Shown: positions 8,366 to 22,100 of the stretch, piece by piece
How the letters are laid out: each line of letters opens with the position of its first letter
Position numbering within the stretch: the stretch's first letter is position 1
Assembly: GCA_020632535.1 (NCBI GenBank)
Contig: JACKFJ010000002.1
Span: forward strand, 120,245-184,244
Reading direction: 5' to 3'
Length of the DNA: 64,000 bases
DNA from: Candidatus Omnitrophota bacterium
Lineage (GTDB): Bacteria; Omnitrophota; Gorgyraeia; Zapsychrales; JANLHA01
Program-made: the position numbers and the translations under genes
Notes under the pieces: generated by a model
Told to the model about the DNA's origin: nothing
The model's input: the letters and a program-made list of their open reading frames with translations, nothing else
The model's database searches: none

Positions 8366-10153
8366 ATGTCGCGCGTTCATATTCTTTCTTCTGATGTTAT
8401 CAGTAAAATCGCCGCCGGCGAAGTCATTGAACGTCCAGCTTCCGTCATCAAAGAACTCGTCGAAAACAGCCTCGACGCCGGCAGCAATCTTATCGAACTA
8501 CACCTCAAAGATGCCGGCAAAAGTCTCATTCATCTAAAAGACAGCGGATACGGCATCGACCACGATGATCTCGAAACAGTTTTTGAGCGCCATTCAACAA
8601 GCAAAATCAAAACTGCCGACGACCTCTTCGACATTCACTCGCTCGGATTTCGTGGCGAAGCACTTTACAGCATCGCAGCCGTTTCAGATATCACATTGCG
8701 CAGTAAGACCAAAAAGCAAGATTCCGGCTGGGAAATTCATATGCGCGGTGGTAAAAAAGTAAATCTCAAACCCGCGGCAACACACAATGGAACAGAGATC
8801 GAAATCAAAGAACTTTTCTTTAACACTCCCGCCCGCCGAAAATTCTTAAAAAGCAACACCACTGAACTTAATCAAATTCTAAGCACCCTGATTCCCTACT
8901 GTCTTTTTTATCCGCAATGCCGTTTTCTTGTCACACACGAAAAACGAACTCTTTTAGATTTGGCACCGACCGAGAATCACATTCAGCGTGTGGCTGAAAC
9001 TCTTAATCTGGAAAACACGCATTTACTTGAACTCTCTGAAAACTTTAGCGAACAACGATTTTCTGCGCGTATGATTATTGGCGATATCAATATCAGCCGC
9101 TCACGCCGCGACATGCAATTTATTTTTATCAATGGCCGACCCGTACAAAGCAAAGCAATAAGCTTTCATCTTAATGATATTTATCGACTGATTCTGCCAC
9201 CCAACTCTTATCCATTTTTTACACTCTTTTTAACGATTCCCGCCGGACACGTGGATGTTAATATTCATCCCACCAAACGCGAAGTCAAAATCCATGACGA
9301 GCATAATCTTATGCCGCTTTTACGGCATATGGTTGAACAAACATTAATGACCAAAGGAAAACCCAAAGAAATCAAAGAAAAAGTCTCTTTGGATGAAAAA
9401 GCCATAGCTTTAAGACGGGCTTTAGAAAAAAGCACACCTCATGATTCGACATTTCCACAATCTTCTGAACGTGAAGTCCCGATCACTGGTATTTCCGAAA
9501 ACACATCAGTAACAGAACAATATACTTTTCCAAAACAAGATAACTTTATTCCGGACGGGTCTTCAAGTATTCAAAATGCCGGACAAAACCTCATCAATAA
9601 ATTTTCGCGCAGCCGTTATTTGGGCGCGTTTATCAATAAATTCTTGCTTTTTGAGGCGGATCGTTCACTTTTGATCGTCGATCAACACGCGGCGCAGGAA
9701 AGAATTGTTTTTGAAGCTTTAATTAGACAAATGGAACGCGGAAAAGTAGAAGTACAAAATCTTTTAACACCTGATCTTTTGAAAGTTTCTATGACGGAAA
9801 TGCTCGCATGGGAAGAAAGCAAAGAGACTCTTGAAAAATTAGGTTTAACATCAACACAATTTGATAAAGACACCATCGCGATACACAGCTGTCCGGCACT
9901 TCTGAGTGATCCAATGCGAGCAGTACGGGAACTTTTAACAGGTGGGAATATTTCACGCGCAGACCACGCGACTTTAGCACGTCGGGCGTGTCGCGCGTCC
10001 ATCCGTGCCGGCGATCCACTTAAGGCAAGCCAAGCTGAATTTCAAAAAGATCAACTTCTTAAATGTCGTGACCCTTTCACATGCCCGCATGGCCGACCAA
10101 CAGTCATCGAAATCAAGGAAAACTTTCTCGACCGACAATTCTTCCGAACTTAA
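8366..10153 (+). CDS. mutL: DNA mismatch repair protein MutL (endonuclease-type; DQHA(X)2E(X)4E and CPHGRP motifs present)
   Basis: The ORF track gives 8327..10153. The preferred start is ATG 8366 (MSRVHIL...) with RBS AAAGGA at 8355-8360. GHKL ATPase N-terminus (ISKIAAGEVIERPASVIKELVENSLDAGSNLIELHLKDAG). C-terminal endonuclease motifs LIVDQHAAQERIVFEAL, ACRASIRAGD and CPHGRPT. Confidence 0.93.
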   Translation: MSRVHILSSDVISKIAAGEVIERPASVIKELVENSLDAGSNLIELHLKDAGKSLIHLKDSGYGIDHDDLETVFERHSTSKIKTADDLFDIHSLGFRGEALYSIAAVSDITLRSKTKKQDSGWEIHMRGGKKVNLKPAATHNGTEIEIKELFFNTPARRKFLKSNTTELNQILSTLIPYCLFYPQCRFLVTHEKRTLLDLAPTENHIQRVAETLNLENTHLLELSENFSEQRFSARMIIGDINISRSRRDMQFIFINGRPVQSKAISFHLNDIYRLILPPNSYPFFTLFLTIPAGHVDVNIHPTKREVKIHDEHNLMPLLRHMVEQTLMTKGKPKEIKEKVSLDEKAIALRRALEKSTPHDSTFPQSSEREVPITGISENTSVTEQYTFPKQDNFIPDGSSSIQNAGQNLINKFSRSRYLGAFINKFLLFEADRSLLIVDQHAAQERIVFEALIRQMERGKVEVQNLLTPDLLKVSMTEMLAWEESKETLEKLGLTSTQFDKDTIAIHSCPALLSDPMRAVRELLTGGNISRADHATLARRACRASIRAGDPLKASQAEFQKDQLLKCRDPFTCPHGRPTVIEIKENFLDRQFFRT

Positions 10154-10155
10154 TA

Positions 10156-13100
10156 TTATCCTTCCCGAACTGTTACCAAAAAAGCCACAATAATCAAAGC
10201 GACAAAATTATCAGTATAATCCCCTTCGGGACTCGAATGAATATTGGAAAACGAAGTTGATCCGACACGGCCAAGATTCTCTCGAAAACTTAATAACCAC
10301 GCTCGCAATTGTGCCCCCATCGCATTAAATGGTCTAATTTTCCAATACCGAATAATAATATAAACAATATATTGAATTTTAATATACGAAATAATCTTTA
10401 TTCGTCTTGGATCTTTAGCGCCTTGCATAGCACTGATTTGAGGAACATTGCTCAAACTCAAAACATACGTAATCAATGACCGCGCCGATAAAATCAAGCG
10501 TGAATAATATTCACGAATACGCGCGCTCAACAATAATAAAGAATTCCCTAACCACCCTCCAAAGTTTGATGTTGCGACACCTTGTATTTTTTCTGATCCT
10601 CCTGACGAAAAATGAGCAAAATCAAATGCTTGCTCACCAGCAACTTGCTGCGAAAGTTTCTGAACAGCCAATGTCAAAATAGAAAAACTTCTTAAACCAA
10701 CTCCATCAACAATCACATTCATTTTATAAACCAAATCACCGACCACGAAAAAGACATTGCCTTGACTCAAAACAAATCGAATTGGCACATAATATCGTCT
10801 CTCTTTATCCAGCTTGACTTCACGACCACGCGGCAGAACCGGCCAACGACTCCAATACAACCTTTCTGAAATTTGCTGACGTTTAACCCTAGTCATTACC
10901 ATTACTAAAGTACTTTGATCAAATGCTTTGTTTATATTATTTCTTGCTTGATCACCAATAACCGTCGAACTAGCCGAGTTATTATCTTGCCCATTCTTAC
11001 CATTGCCGTTCTTTCCATGCCCATTCTTACCATTACGGATCATATCCATCAAACCATTGCGCTTGCCGTTCTTAACGAATTCCATCGCATCATAAAAATC
11101 ATCCGTATGAACTTTGATCTCAAGATCATCAGTCATTCTGCGGCTTAACTTTAGATAAACAACCGCATAAAGAATCGCCAATTGACTGATGTCATCTAAT
11201 TTAGAAAAACTATCGTGCATTAAAATATCACCTGAGTCAGACAATACAATGACTTGTCCTCGAGTTGGATAAGGTGTTTGTGTTATTAAAATATTAAGAC
11301 GTTGCGGCAATGTCCCGTTGAATAAAAACGAATGATTAACAATTTTAGATACCTGATTAAGCTGTTTGGTGATGCCAAGCAAATCGAATTCTACGCTTAC
11401 CCACTGTCCATCGCGACGCTCGAGTGTCAGTTGCTCACTCGAATTCACAAAAACGCTACGCTGTGGCAATCGATTAGCCTTAAACTCCGTATTATTCGGC
11501 TCTCGATTTTCTTTATACCAACCATACAAAACATCCATGAAATCAATTTCGTCAATTGCTTCCATATTCTTACGACCATAAATGATATCGTGGTCTCCAT
11601 CAATTTCGACAAATAACGATCCAGTCAAATCCGCAAATCTTCTATTCGTCCGCGATGGTGTCGTTGGATCATCTTTGCCGACGACAACCCAAGAATTCAC
11701 TTTTCTTACATTCCCCACAATTTCGGCCAACTCCTCCTGCGAAAATCGAATTGAAGTAAAAAGCCAAGCTGTTTCAAGCTGTTGCGTAATATCATTTTCT
11801 TCGGTTGATGAAGCTTGAATCAATTTGTTGTAATAATTATTTGATAATCCGCTTGCCAACAATATTCTCTTCATCGAATGATTATGTGTAGCCATCTGAA
11901 AGATAAGCAAAGCGCCCCAACGTAAATTTGCTGAAAACACTGTTGCGACACGAAACAGCCAATTGATAAATGGTGGAACTGTTAGTAAATCCTCATAAGT
12001 CATCGACGTGAATAATATCGCTTGAACGTGTTCATCAACAGCTCCCCAAACCGCAGGATAACCATGAACTTGTAAAATACGATCCGTCTCTGTCCTTAAA
12101 AAGCTACGCAAAACAATCATTGTCGCAAGTGAATGCGGGACAAGATAAACTTTTTTTGCGGTCACGGTACTGTAAAACTGTATTAGCCACAACAAGAAGA
12201 ACTGCCGACGAAGAATTGGATCCGTTTGCCCAGCAAATTTTTTCAGAAATTCAATATCTTCCACGCTAAGTTTACGTTGACCGATTCTAGGCTCTTGCCC
12301 TTTCGTTAAGCTTAGAATTGTTTCTGCGGTAAACCATTGTTGCGGGATAACAATCGTATCGTTTGGATGCGCCTGTTTTAATTCGGCAAGACTAAAACTT
12401 TGATTTGCAGAAAGACCATGCAAGAAAATCAGAACATTGCCATTATGATCTCCTTCGCTAACTTCAACGACATGTTCAGGAACAATTTCCGCGTCTTGAT
12501 AATGCCGATGCAGTGATGCTCCAGCTTTTTCAACCATAAACTCCATTCGCTGCAAGAATAAATTAATCCATGTCAAGATCGCGATAAGGATGCTTCCCGC
12601 GATGACAAATGAAATAATACCATGCGTAAAATGAGCCAATAAAGGAAACATAACAACAATGGCAATTGTAATATTTACGGTTGTGATCAATGACAATAAC
12701 GATGCGGAATAAATACCACGCTCCTCATTAATGTCCAACGCAATCCATCCCAAAAGAACGGCCGTCAATACCGTCCCAACAAAGGATATGAGTCCACCGA
12801 ACAACGGCCATAACAAACCACCAACGAAAAATGGTATACCACGATAAAACAATTCCTGACGAAAAGCGGCTGGAGTTTGTGCCACAAACCACTCCACAGT
12901 ACGCGAAATCGCCTTATAAAGTTTCTTTTCTTTATTTAGTGATGATTCTCGAATTTCTTTCCAGAATGACAAACCCGAAATAATTTTACCGTAATTTTGC
13001 AAAATCATAACAGGAACAAACGTGATAAATAAAAACACAGAAACACCTGCCAAAATCAAAACAGACCGCCAGCGAGGAGTACGATTGGATACAGAATCTG

Positions 13101-16100
13101 TTGATAAATTAACAGCGGCTTCTTTTTTAGTTTGTGATTTTATTTTAGATAGCTTTCGAATCGCAGGAATATACTGCAAAGCATTGAAAATCGCGTGACT
13201 AAAAGCATTAGGGAGAATTAGTAAATAAACGGGAGAATAAATCACCTTTTGCAGCAGAGTAATGGGCTCTTGAGATATTTTGGACAATGAAATTTTCCAA
13301 CCCGACCAGAGCGCATAGGCACCAATCATATGCACTTCTAAAAGATAATTGCCATGCAGCCATATCCACGAAGAGATCAGCGGAGACAACATCATTCCCG
13401 CCCACACAAACCCAATACCAAATCCTTGACGGACTTTTTGACGCTTAAGTTCTGGAGTAAAATCCGTGACTCTTTCAAAATGACGATTCAAAAAGCGATT
13501 CGGACGAAACGTCTCAAAGAATTCAATAACCGGCGCGTAAAAAACTTCAATCATCCAATTTTGAGGTACGTAAATTAAAAACGTCTCGCGTAAATATTTG
13601 CGGCCAGCTTCATACGTCGCAGGCAAAATTAATGCCGACGAGGCGCGAAAATTATTCTTTTCTCTTAACCATTGCGAGTAAGCTGGCCAAACTCCTTTGA
13701 GCGATTCATCAGACGTGACCAAAGCAAAATGATTCGCTTTCGCCGCTAAGAAAACTTTGACTTCCTTTCCTGCGATACGCTCAAGACCCATGGTCGAAAC
13801 TGGCGGAACCACAACATCATCACCACCCATAAAAACGGCAAGACGAATATCTTTTAATTTTTCGGCAAGAACCTTTGCGCCATCTCTCATCAAATAATTT
13901 TGCTTAAAAATACGTCTGGCAAATTGTGCAATCGCATCCGTCGCCAAATTCGGCGTAATCCACACCCACTGTCTAAACTTGACTCCAATAATAAATTTCG
14001 TTAATTCATCTCTAAATTGCTTAACCCCTGCCCTCAATGCTTCATCTTTTAATCCTTTTGATAAATCCAAGTTCTTATAAACAAACAGTCTCACCTGCAA
14101 CGATTCCCTCGCAGATAAATATCGTTTTACCGTTTTTTTCCCATTAATAACATCGTTTAAAATCTTTATTTGCGCAGGCAAATCATTCATGCTTTGTCTG
14201 ATAAATTCATGAATTTCTGGATTTTGCATCATCGCGTCCATGATCTGCGCGAAGGGACCCGCCGTCATACTTTCAAAATCTTTAATGCCATTAGCAATTA
14301 ATAAAAACTCCTCAAATTCACGACCACCAATGAGTCCTCCCGGATTCGTGGAAGCAATTGCTTCCACCATACCAATCATCAATTCATTCATCGCTAAAGG
14401 TCGCGCGTCAGCATTTAAGAAATCTGCTAAATCTGAATGAACATTTTTATAAGCCACAAGCTTTGGCGCAATATTCTCAAGATGTGTATCCACCGGAGCC
14501 GCTAACATTGTGATTGACGCAATCACTTCCGGGTTTAAATCCGTCATAGCTAATGCCAATAAGAACAAAGCGCCACCCTGCGAATAACCAATAACATTGA
14601 CTGGTCCTAACTGCGCAGCAGCTTCAATTTCTTCTTTAATCCAACGTGAATAATCTACCAAAGAATAATTACGTCGAGCTTCTTGCCAATACATGACATC
14701 TAATGAATTACCTTCAGCAATTAAAACTTTTATAACACTCATGTCTAAATAAGGAATGAGATCAATGATATGCGGCGCCTTCCAGAAAAACGGAATAAAG
14801 AATACCCGAGACTGCGATACACCCTTTGCCTCATAATGACGCATTTCATAAGGCCGATCCTGTCTTTCTGATTTCTGACTCGGAGCCGTTTCCACTTGCG
14901 GAAAACTGTCTAATCCCTGACCAAAACTATAAGCCGCCGCCCATTGAATAATATTATCAATCGTGTTATCTAACGTCATTCCACGACGAAATGCTTCTCG
15001 CAAAATATTATCAATTGCCGATTTAAACTTATCTTCCACTTGCGCAATCGTCACTTGCAATTGCTCCGTTCCAGATTGATTCAAATTATCCATAATATCT
15101 CTCGCGTTCGAGAATGGATCACGAAACGCCATACCCAACAAAGCCTGCGATAAAATCTGAGCTTTTTTAAGAGCACTTTGCAATGTATTCTCTTTTCGCA
15201 TCAGAACAGGAATAATCTGTGTCATAAATGTAGCAACCAAGTCTTTGATTTTGTCTTCAGATTGCGCGACCAAGAATTCGGTTCTACGATTCTCATTCTT
15301 AGCCTGTGATCGTCCCGCCAATGCGCCAAGAATATAAACCAAATTGGCAGCTAAATCACTTTGATCTTCAGCATATTCTTCAGACAACACAATATATTCT
15401 GACTCCCCATCTTTAATTTGATAAATTGTTGGCACTATCAAAAAGTCATTGAAAGTTCCCATGCGAATATGATCGGAATATATAATTTTTCTAAAAACTT
15501 TGGCTAATTCAGAATCGTGATGCTCCAGCCAATACAACGCCACATCAATAGCCTTATGTGTTATCTGACTCTTAACGCGGCCAAGTCCCCCCTGACTCTC
15601 AATCACAAAACGCAAAGCATACATTGCGCGCGCGTACTGTTCGCTATGTTTTTGCGCAAACTTCAAAACACTTAGGACAATATCAATAACCAGTTGATTT
15701 GCCTCTCGACTTTGCGAATGTGTAAGAAAATAAACCAAATTTCCACCCGCTTCTTGTTCTTCTTCAATCATTTTCAAAACATCAAATGCAATAAATTCTG
15801 GATGTGACAAGATCCACGAAACACCTAAACTGTTATCTTTATTACCCAAAGACAAGATTTTTCTCAAAACCTGAACGACAACAGCGCGGTCATTAATTTT
15901 ATGCAATTTATAAAAATTACCAGCCCAATCAAGGCCATCATGGTCAATCATATTACGCGCGACACGGTAAAGTTCTTCAACCGCTTGTGAATCCGCAATC
16001 GACGATGAAGCAGATAAGCGACGTTCTTGCGGATACGGATGAATGTCCATAATCTTGCCTACTTTAATAGCATCAATGACCCTTTGCCAATATTGTGCAT

Positions 16101-19100
16101 GAAACAATTCACCATGTGCTCGCTTAAATTCAGAAACATGCTCCTGCGAAACATACCAAGAGGTCAAAATAATGTTTTCAAACTGCTCAGGAAAGAAATC
16201 GTACGGCCTAACCGTTACTCTCTCGCCAAGAGGTTTCATTTCATCATCATCATTACGCGCAGGTGGAATCTTTCGTGGATTCCAGAGAGCGATAGGGTCT
16301 AAATCATCGTAATCATATAAAACAACCCGACCAGTAGATGTAACACCATAATTTTTAGGAAAGAAATCACCTGCAAATAATCCAATACCAATAATTTCCT
16401 TAAGAGCTTGACCATAGTCATCAACTGTCCTGCGAAGTAATTCCGTGTCTATCGTTTCTTTTAAAAAAGTATCTAGCGGTGTAATCTTTAATTGAATAAA
16501 AAGATCTTTAATAATAATCGTCTCTCCATCGATAATTATAGAATCTGGAGCTCTTTGCTTTAATTCTTCAAGCACTTCTGGTGTAAAATCGGCCGTCGCA
16601 AATCGAACATTGGCATAAATCATCGCATCAAGAAGCCTTCCCGCACGATCCATTTCATGGACTAATTGATACTTTGTTTTAACCATTGCCTTCCCGCCTC
16701 GTATATCATAATCTTCTTTCTCAGAATGATCAGCGGCAACTTTTAGAACATATGGAAAATCATTGTTAAGAGTAAACGTGACCATCACCTTCCCCTTGGT
16801 TCCCTTTGCGAAGACAAATTTGCGCTCTGGATGAGTTAATTCCTCTGCCATAGATATTGTAATTTCAACCTTAGCCGGATAAACAAGCCCAATAGCGGCC
16901 AAGAGAAAAGCTCTATCCTTACCACCGGCGATCGTTTCAATAAACTGAATGATCTCTCGATAGTGCTGAATATCAACCATAAAATTCGCGCGTGTTGAAG
17001 CAAATAAAATACCACTGACATCATTATGGTTCATGAGTAAAGCATCAACGACAATACCAGTTTTGCCTTCTGGATGCGTTAGCGCAAAAACAAGTGGTAT
17101 CGTTTGTCCTTGAGAAATGATTCGACCCATCAGATAAGCTCTTTTGTTACGATAAAAAATTGGATTTAACATCTCAATCATATCGTATCGACGAATATTA
17201 TATTTAGCCATTTCTTGCTCAATGCGCTCTTGACTAAGTCGAATATCGCGATCTAAATCTTCAAACGGAACATTAAAATGAACCCTCATAAAGATTTGGC
17301 GAAGGACACTTTCTACCGAGATTTGATCATGATCACCCGAACTTAACAGGTACGATGTATATGGCTGATTTTGCAATGTGTATTGGATAGGAGTATCTTT
17401 ATGAAGACGTTCATCTTGATATTCGACGGGAATTCCCTTGTGAAGAAAAACACGACGAAAAGCCGAATCAAAGAATTGCATTCCAATATCATCGTCGTAA
17501 TCTTGCCGCAAGCGCTTTTCATAACGAATACGAAGATCTGCCCAAACTGCTGGGTCATCCATCTGTTTACCAAAAATCTTACCAATCTTCTGAACAACAA
17601 TCGTTACGGCTTGCGAACGAGATTTATTTCGATTTCTTTGTTCTCTCTGCATACGATTCCAATCACGAGTTTCAAAAGCCTTCTTGGCAACACGATGAGC
17701 ATTCTTGAAAGCACGAAATGAAGAACGAAATTCCTTATGAATGATACGGGCACTGCGATTCACCATTTCTTCATACATCCGTTCTTTAAAAACTGCCGAT
17801 GAGGAACTCAACACAGCTGTAATTAAGAATCCGCTCTTTCCTTCCAAAATTCTAATATCATCGAAAGCATACTCTCGTAACATATCATTAAAAGTCCAAC
17901 CCAAAAGATGAGCTCTTCCCGCATAAACAACCCCTGCCAATTTCGGCAAAACAATAATTATCCGACCAGAATTCTTTAAAATCCATGAAGCCTGCTTAAT
18001 AACTTGCGCTAAAATGTCAACATAGAAAATTATACCGTTATCGTCAGGCCCTGCTCCACGAGAGATTAAAGTCTTCCCAAAATCTGTCTGCATTGTGTTT
18101 TTATCAACAACTATATGATGCAATGACCTATTAAAAACAACTAAATCCATGGAGTGTTCCTCTAGCACTTTGCTTAAAGCGGTTGCATCGCCATACACAT
18201 GTGTTATTTTCTCTACGACTACTATCTGGTCACTTGCAAATAAATCCAACATTGTCATCCTATGCATGCCGCCAAGAAGTAAACCTTGTGCTGGAGCCGA
18301 ATTAGAAGCTGAACCCACATCAACCCCATTTCCTTGAAGCGAATAAAAAGCCGCTAATGTCTCAAACAACAATACGTCTTTATCATGATCCAAATAATCG
18401 ACAATTCTTTCCTCAATTGCTGACGAGGCCAAATTTCCTTTTCGTATTGCCTCGATACGTGCGTATAACTCAAATGCCGCCGCATTATCAGTAACTTCAT
18501 GAATCTTTACTTTGCCGTCGGGCATTATCACAACAATATACTCGTATGGCTCAACACTAATGCGGGGGAAAAGAAGATACGTAGTCTCTTTATTATCACG
18601 ATCCAGCCCCATACTTCTTCCCAGTTTCAAGAAAAAGAACCGTGGCAGAGAGGAGCCTTTAATCACAATCGTTAAAATATTTCTCTTAATCTGTGTTGTA
18701 AAGTTTTCAACGGCTTCCACAGCTTCATAATCAAAAATCTGAATCGGATTTGTTTCCTTAGGCTCAGCGAGATTGGTGTCGCGCAAATCGATATTACTTT
18801 CAAAACGCACTTTAATGCGCAATTCATTAGCCTTACGTCTGACAAAACGTTCAATCAATGTTGAACGCACTACAAAATCTTTAAGCCCGCCGGGTAAAAG
18901 CAATGGCGCGTTCTCAAGAATGACAATCTTCCCACCAATTTGTCGAGCAAATTTAATTAATAATGGGGCGTCATATGCTTGACGCAACTCTGCGGCTAAT
19001 CGCACAAAAAGGTCTTGGTTATTATCATTATAAAAAGCAATCCCCACGCCATCACCTTGGCGTGTCTCAACAATCTCGCCTGTTTTTTGATCAATAACCA

Positions 19101-22100
19101 AAAGATCAGTATTAATTCTGGGATCATCCAAAGTATTTTGCTCTTTCGAAGATCGATCAACACTGAGCGTCATTTGCTTTTCATTACCTGTCTGAGGATT
19201 AACAGTCGCGAGATATCCAAAATAATCATCATTAATAAATTCACGAACAATAATCGAAGGATAAAATCGACTGGCATCAAATTGATGCCGCTGAGCGCTA
19301 TGCGCCCAATCTTTAATTCTCACCATCAAGTCCACCCACTCATCGTCAAAGTGGCGTATCCATGCTTTTTGAACCATTTCAATAATATTATCGGCGGTAG
19401 CAATTTCCGGCAGCGTTCTTTCACCAAATAAGCGCTGATCCGCCATAGAAGATAATTTCACGATCGCTGTTTTATTACCTAAGGTTTCACGATAAGCCTG
19501 TTTGATCTTTGCTTTAAATTTATCAGACAGTGTAAGCCGTCGAACTTCATCCTGAACACGACTAAACTTATTAGGAAGCTTGTCATTAAGAATATCCCCG
19601 ATAGCTTGATCAAACTCAGCAAATCTTTCCCTCCTGAAAATATTTCTTAAGACAACAAAACCAGCAGGAATTGCAACATCATAACCTTGTTCACGAAGCC
19701 TGAGAGCAACTCGATGGATCATCGCTAACCCATAGGCATTTACACCCGCAATATGTGGATCTTTAATACTTAACTCATCGAGACGAACCACATCCGCGGA
19801 CGTATCCAAACTCCGTACAAGTTTTGAATAATATTCAATCAAAACACGATCATCATCTAATCGAAATCTGCGACTTGCCGAAATTATCGATTCAATAACA
19901 AATCCGATATTCTCCTCTTCAAATGTCGAAAGTTTTAATCGTTTACGGATGACTTCTAGTCGTTCAATAATTCTTTGTGTTGTTTGAAAACGTTTTTTAG
20001 ATTTAATGACTTCAGTAAATTGCAATTCTTTCAAATCAAGCGTCGTAAGATCATAAGCGAATCCCGTGAAGTATCTTCTCTCCGCAGGAGTCGCCCTTTC
20101 AATAATTCGACGTTGTGTTATTTGCAGCCAGACAATAAAGTCTTGATATGCTTTCTGTACCTCGTCCTTCTTTCGCGTCGCCCTAATAGCCCTAAGGGCA
20201 TTATGAAGACGAATAGTTGCTACCACTTCTAGACGCTTATGAACTGTCTGCTTGCGATGCGCAATAAGATCTTCGTCGCTCTCTTGATAAAAATGCCCTA
20301 ACTCCTCAATATAATCTTCCATAGACTTTTCATATTGCACAGCCATATGCTTAATCATGTCAAGCTCATGAGATAACCAATACCGGATAAAACGAATCTG
20401 CCACCATGAATCTTGCGCCTCTTCATCAAGTCTTTCGTAAGCTTCATCAAATCGCTCTGCGACAGCAGCATTAATATCAAAATTTTTCGGTGAATAAATA
20501 CCCTTTAAGCGAGTGTCGATAATTATCTCTTGTCCATCATTCAAAAGACCGTAACCTTCTTCCGTAACCGTCGCCCAAGCAAGTCCCAAAAACGCGCTGC
20601 GACTGACCGTATTACCAGTTTGCGTAATCAATCCGCGAATTCCTGTCTTAAACAAATTACGAAACTCATTGATCGAAAGCTCTTTAGCAACAACAACTTT
20701 ATCTTTGTATGCCGCCACATCACCATTACCATTTGTCCAAACCTTAATCGGACCATAAGCAAAACCATGCGATAAAGTTTCAACAGAAACAATAGCCGAC
20801 GAAGCAGACGTGCCGTTTTGTGTAATCTCATCGACAAGATGGGTGACAATCATATTGCTATCAGCCTTCTTAGAAAAATTCACAATACATTCATGAATCG
20901 CCGCTGCTTCTTGAGTCGTGAGTAAATTTTCTTCGCTAAAAAGATCCCAAATCTTACGAACTTCGTCCCATTTCCAATGACGTGACTGCGCTCTATTCCC
21001 GGTAGGTTGAAAAACAATCGCTTCCGCAATCGGTCGCGCGATAAAGTTGGACTTGCGTAATAAATCCCCTTCCATCCGTGTTTTAAAACCAAACATGAAT
21101 AAATACATCAAGCGGGATAAATCATCGCGACGCTTTAATAATTCATCAATCAATTTTTTATCCAAACTATTTTCCATACTCAAATCAACGATCGCCGCGT
21201 AAATAAGCTTACCAAACCATCCTTTGGACAATTGATCACGTAATTGCTGGCTAAGTTCCTTATTTTCGTCATGAAGTTGTTTTTGTGCTGCAACCATACG
21301 CTCTTGCATGACATGCAAATCAAACAATAGCGGCAACCCAACGACAAGAGCCTGTTCTTCGGTAAACCAATCTAAATAATCTTCTACTTTAGTAACAAGT
21401 GCTGCGATCAACTCTTGCTCGACTTTGATCGAAGCAAAATCACTCTTCTCTAAAGTAATACTTTCTAATTCGGCAATTTCTCTTTGCAAACCTGCCAAGA
21501 TTTCGGCCTGCAATTGATCAACACGCGCTTGAAGCATGACTTCTAAACGATCACCACGACTGTCTTGATTGCCATATTCCTCTAACTGAGCGAATTGGAC
21601 TTCCAACTGTTTAATCAATACATACAAAGCGTCCAAACTTGCAACAGCGGTTATTTGGCCGACGAGTTGATCAAATTCATTTTCTAAAGCGATGATGTGC
21701 GAACGATCTTGTACATTTGATAATTGTTCTAATAAAATCTTTCCTTGTGCTAAATCATCAGCGGTCAATCCTAATTGAGCGCGCTTCTTATCCGCCTTTT
21801 GTGCATCTTGAATTGACAAAATATCGTCTAAAAGCTCATGACCACGTTTAGCATCACTTTGTCCAGCCAACCACGCCTGAACACGACCACGATATTCTTC
21901 TTGAATCACCTTTCTTAAAGAAGCCTTTTTATAAATTCGCTCATCCTGCACTAACTTCACTAAAAATGCTGTTTCAACTTTTTCAAATCTTCCTGCTAAA
22001 GCCTCCGCAGCCGCAACAAACAAGTCATTATCCTGAGCGGCTAATAAAGATTCGAGTCTTTGCGTAATTTGAGCTGATTGACTATTAGCCACCATTAACT

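Noticed and set aside
10005-10193. Plus-strand ORF 10005..10193
   Set aside because: It overlaps the mutL 3' end in another frame and the giant-gene 3' end antisense.
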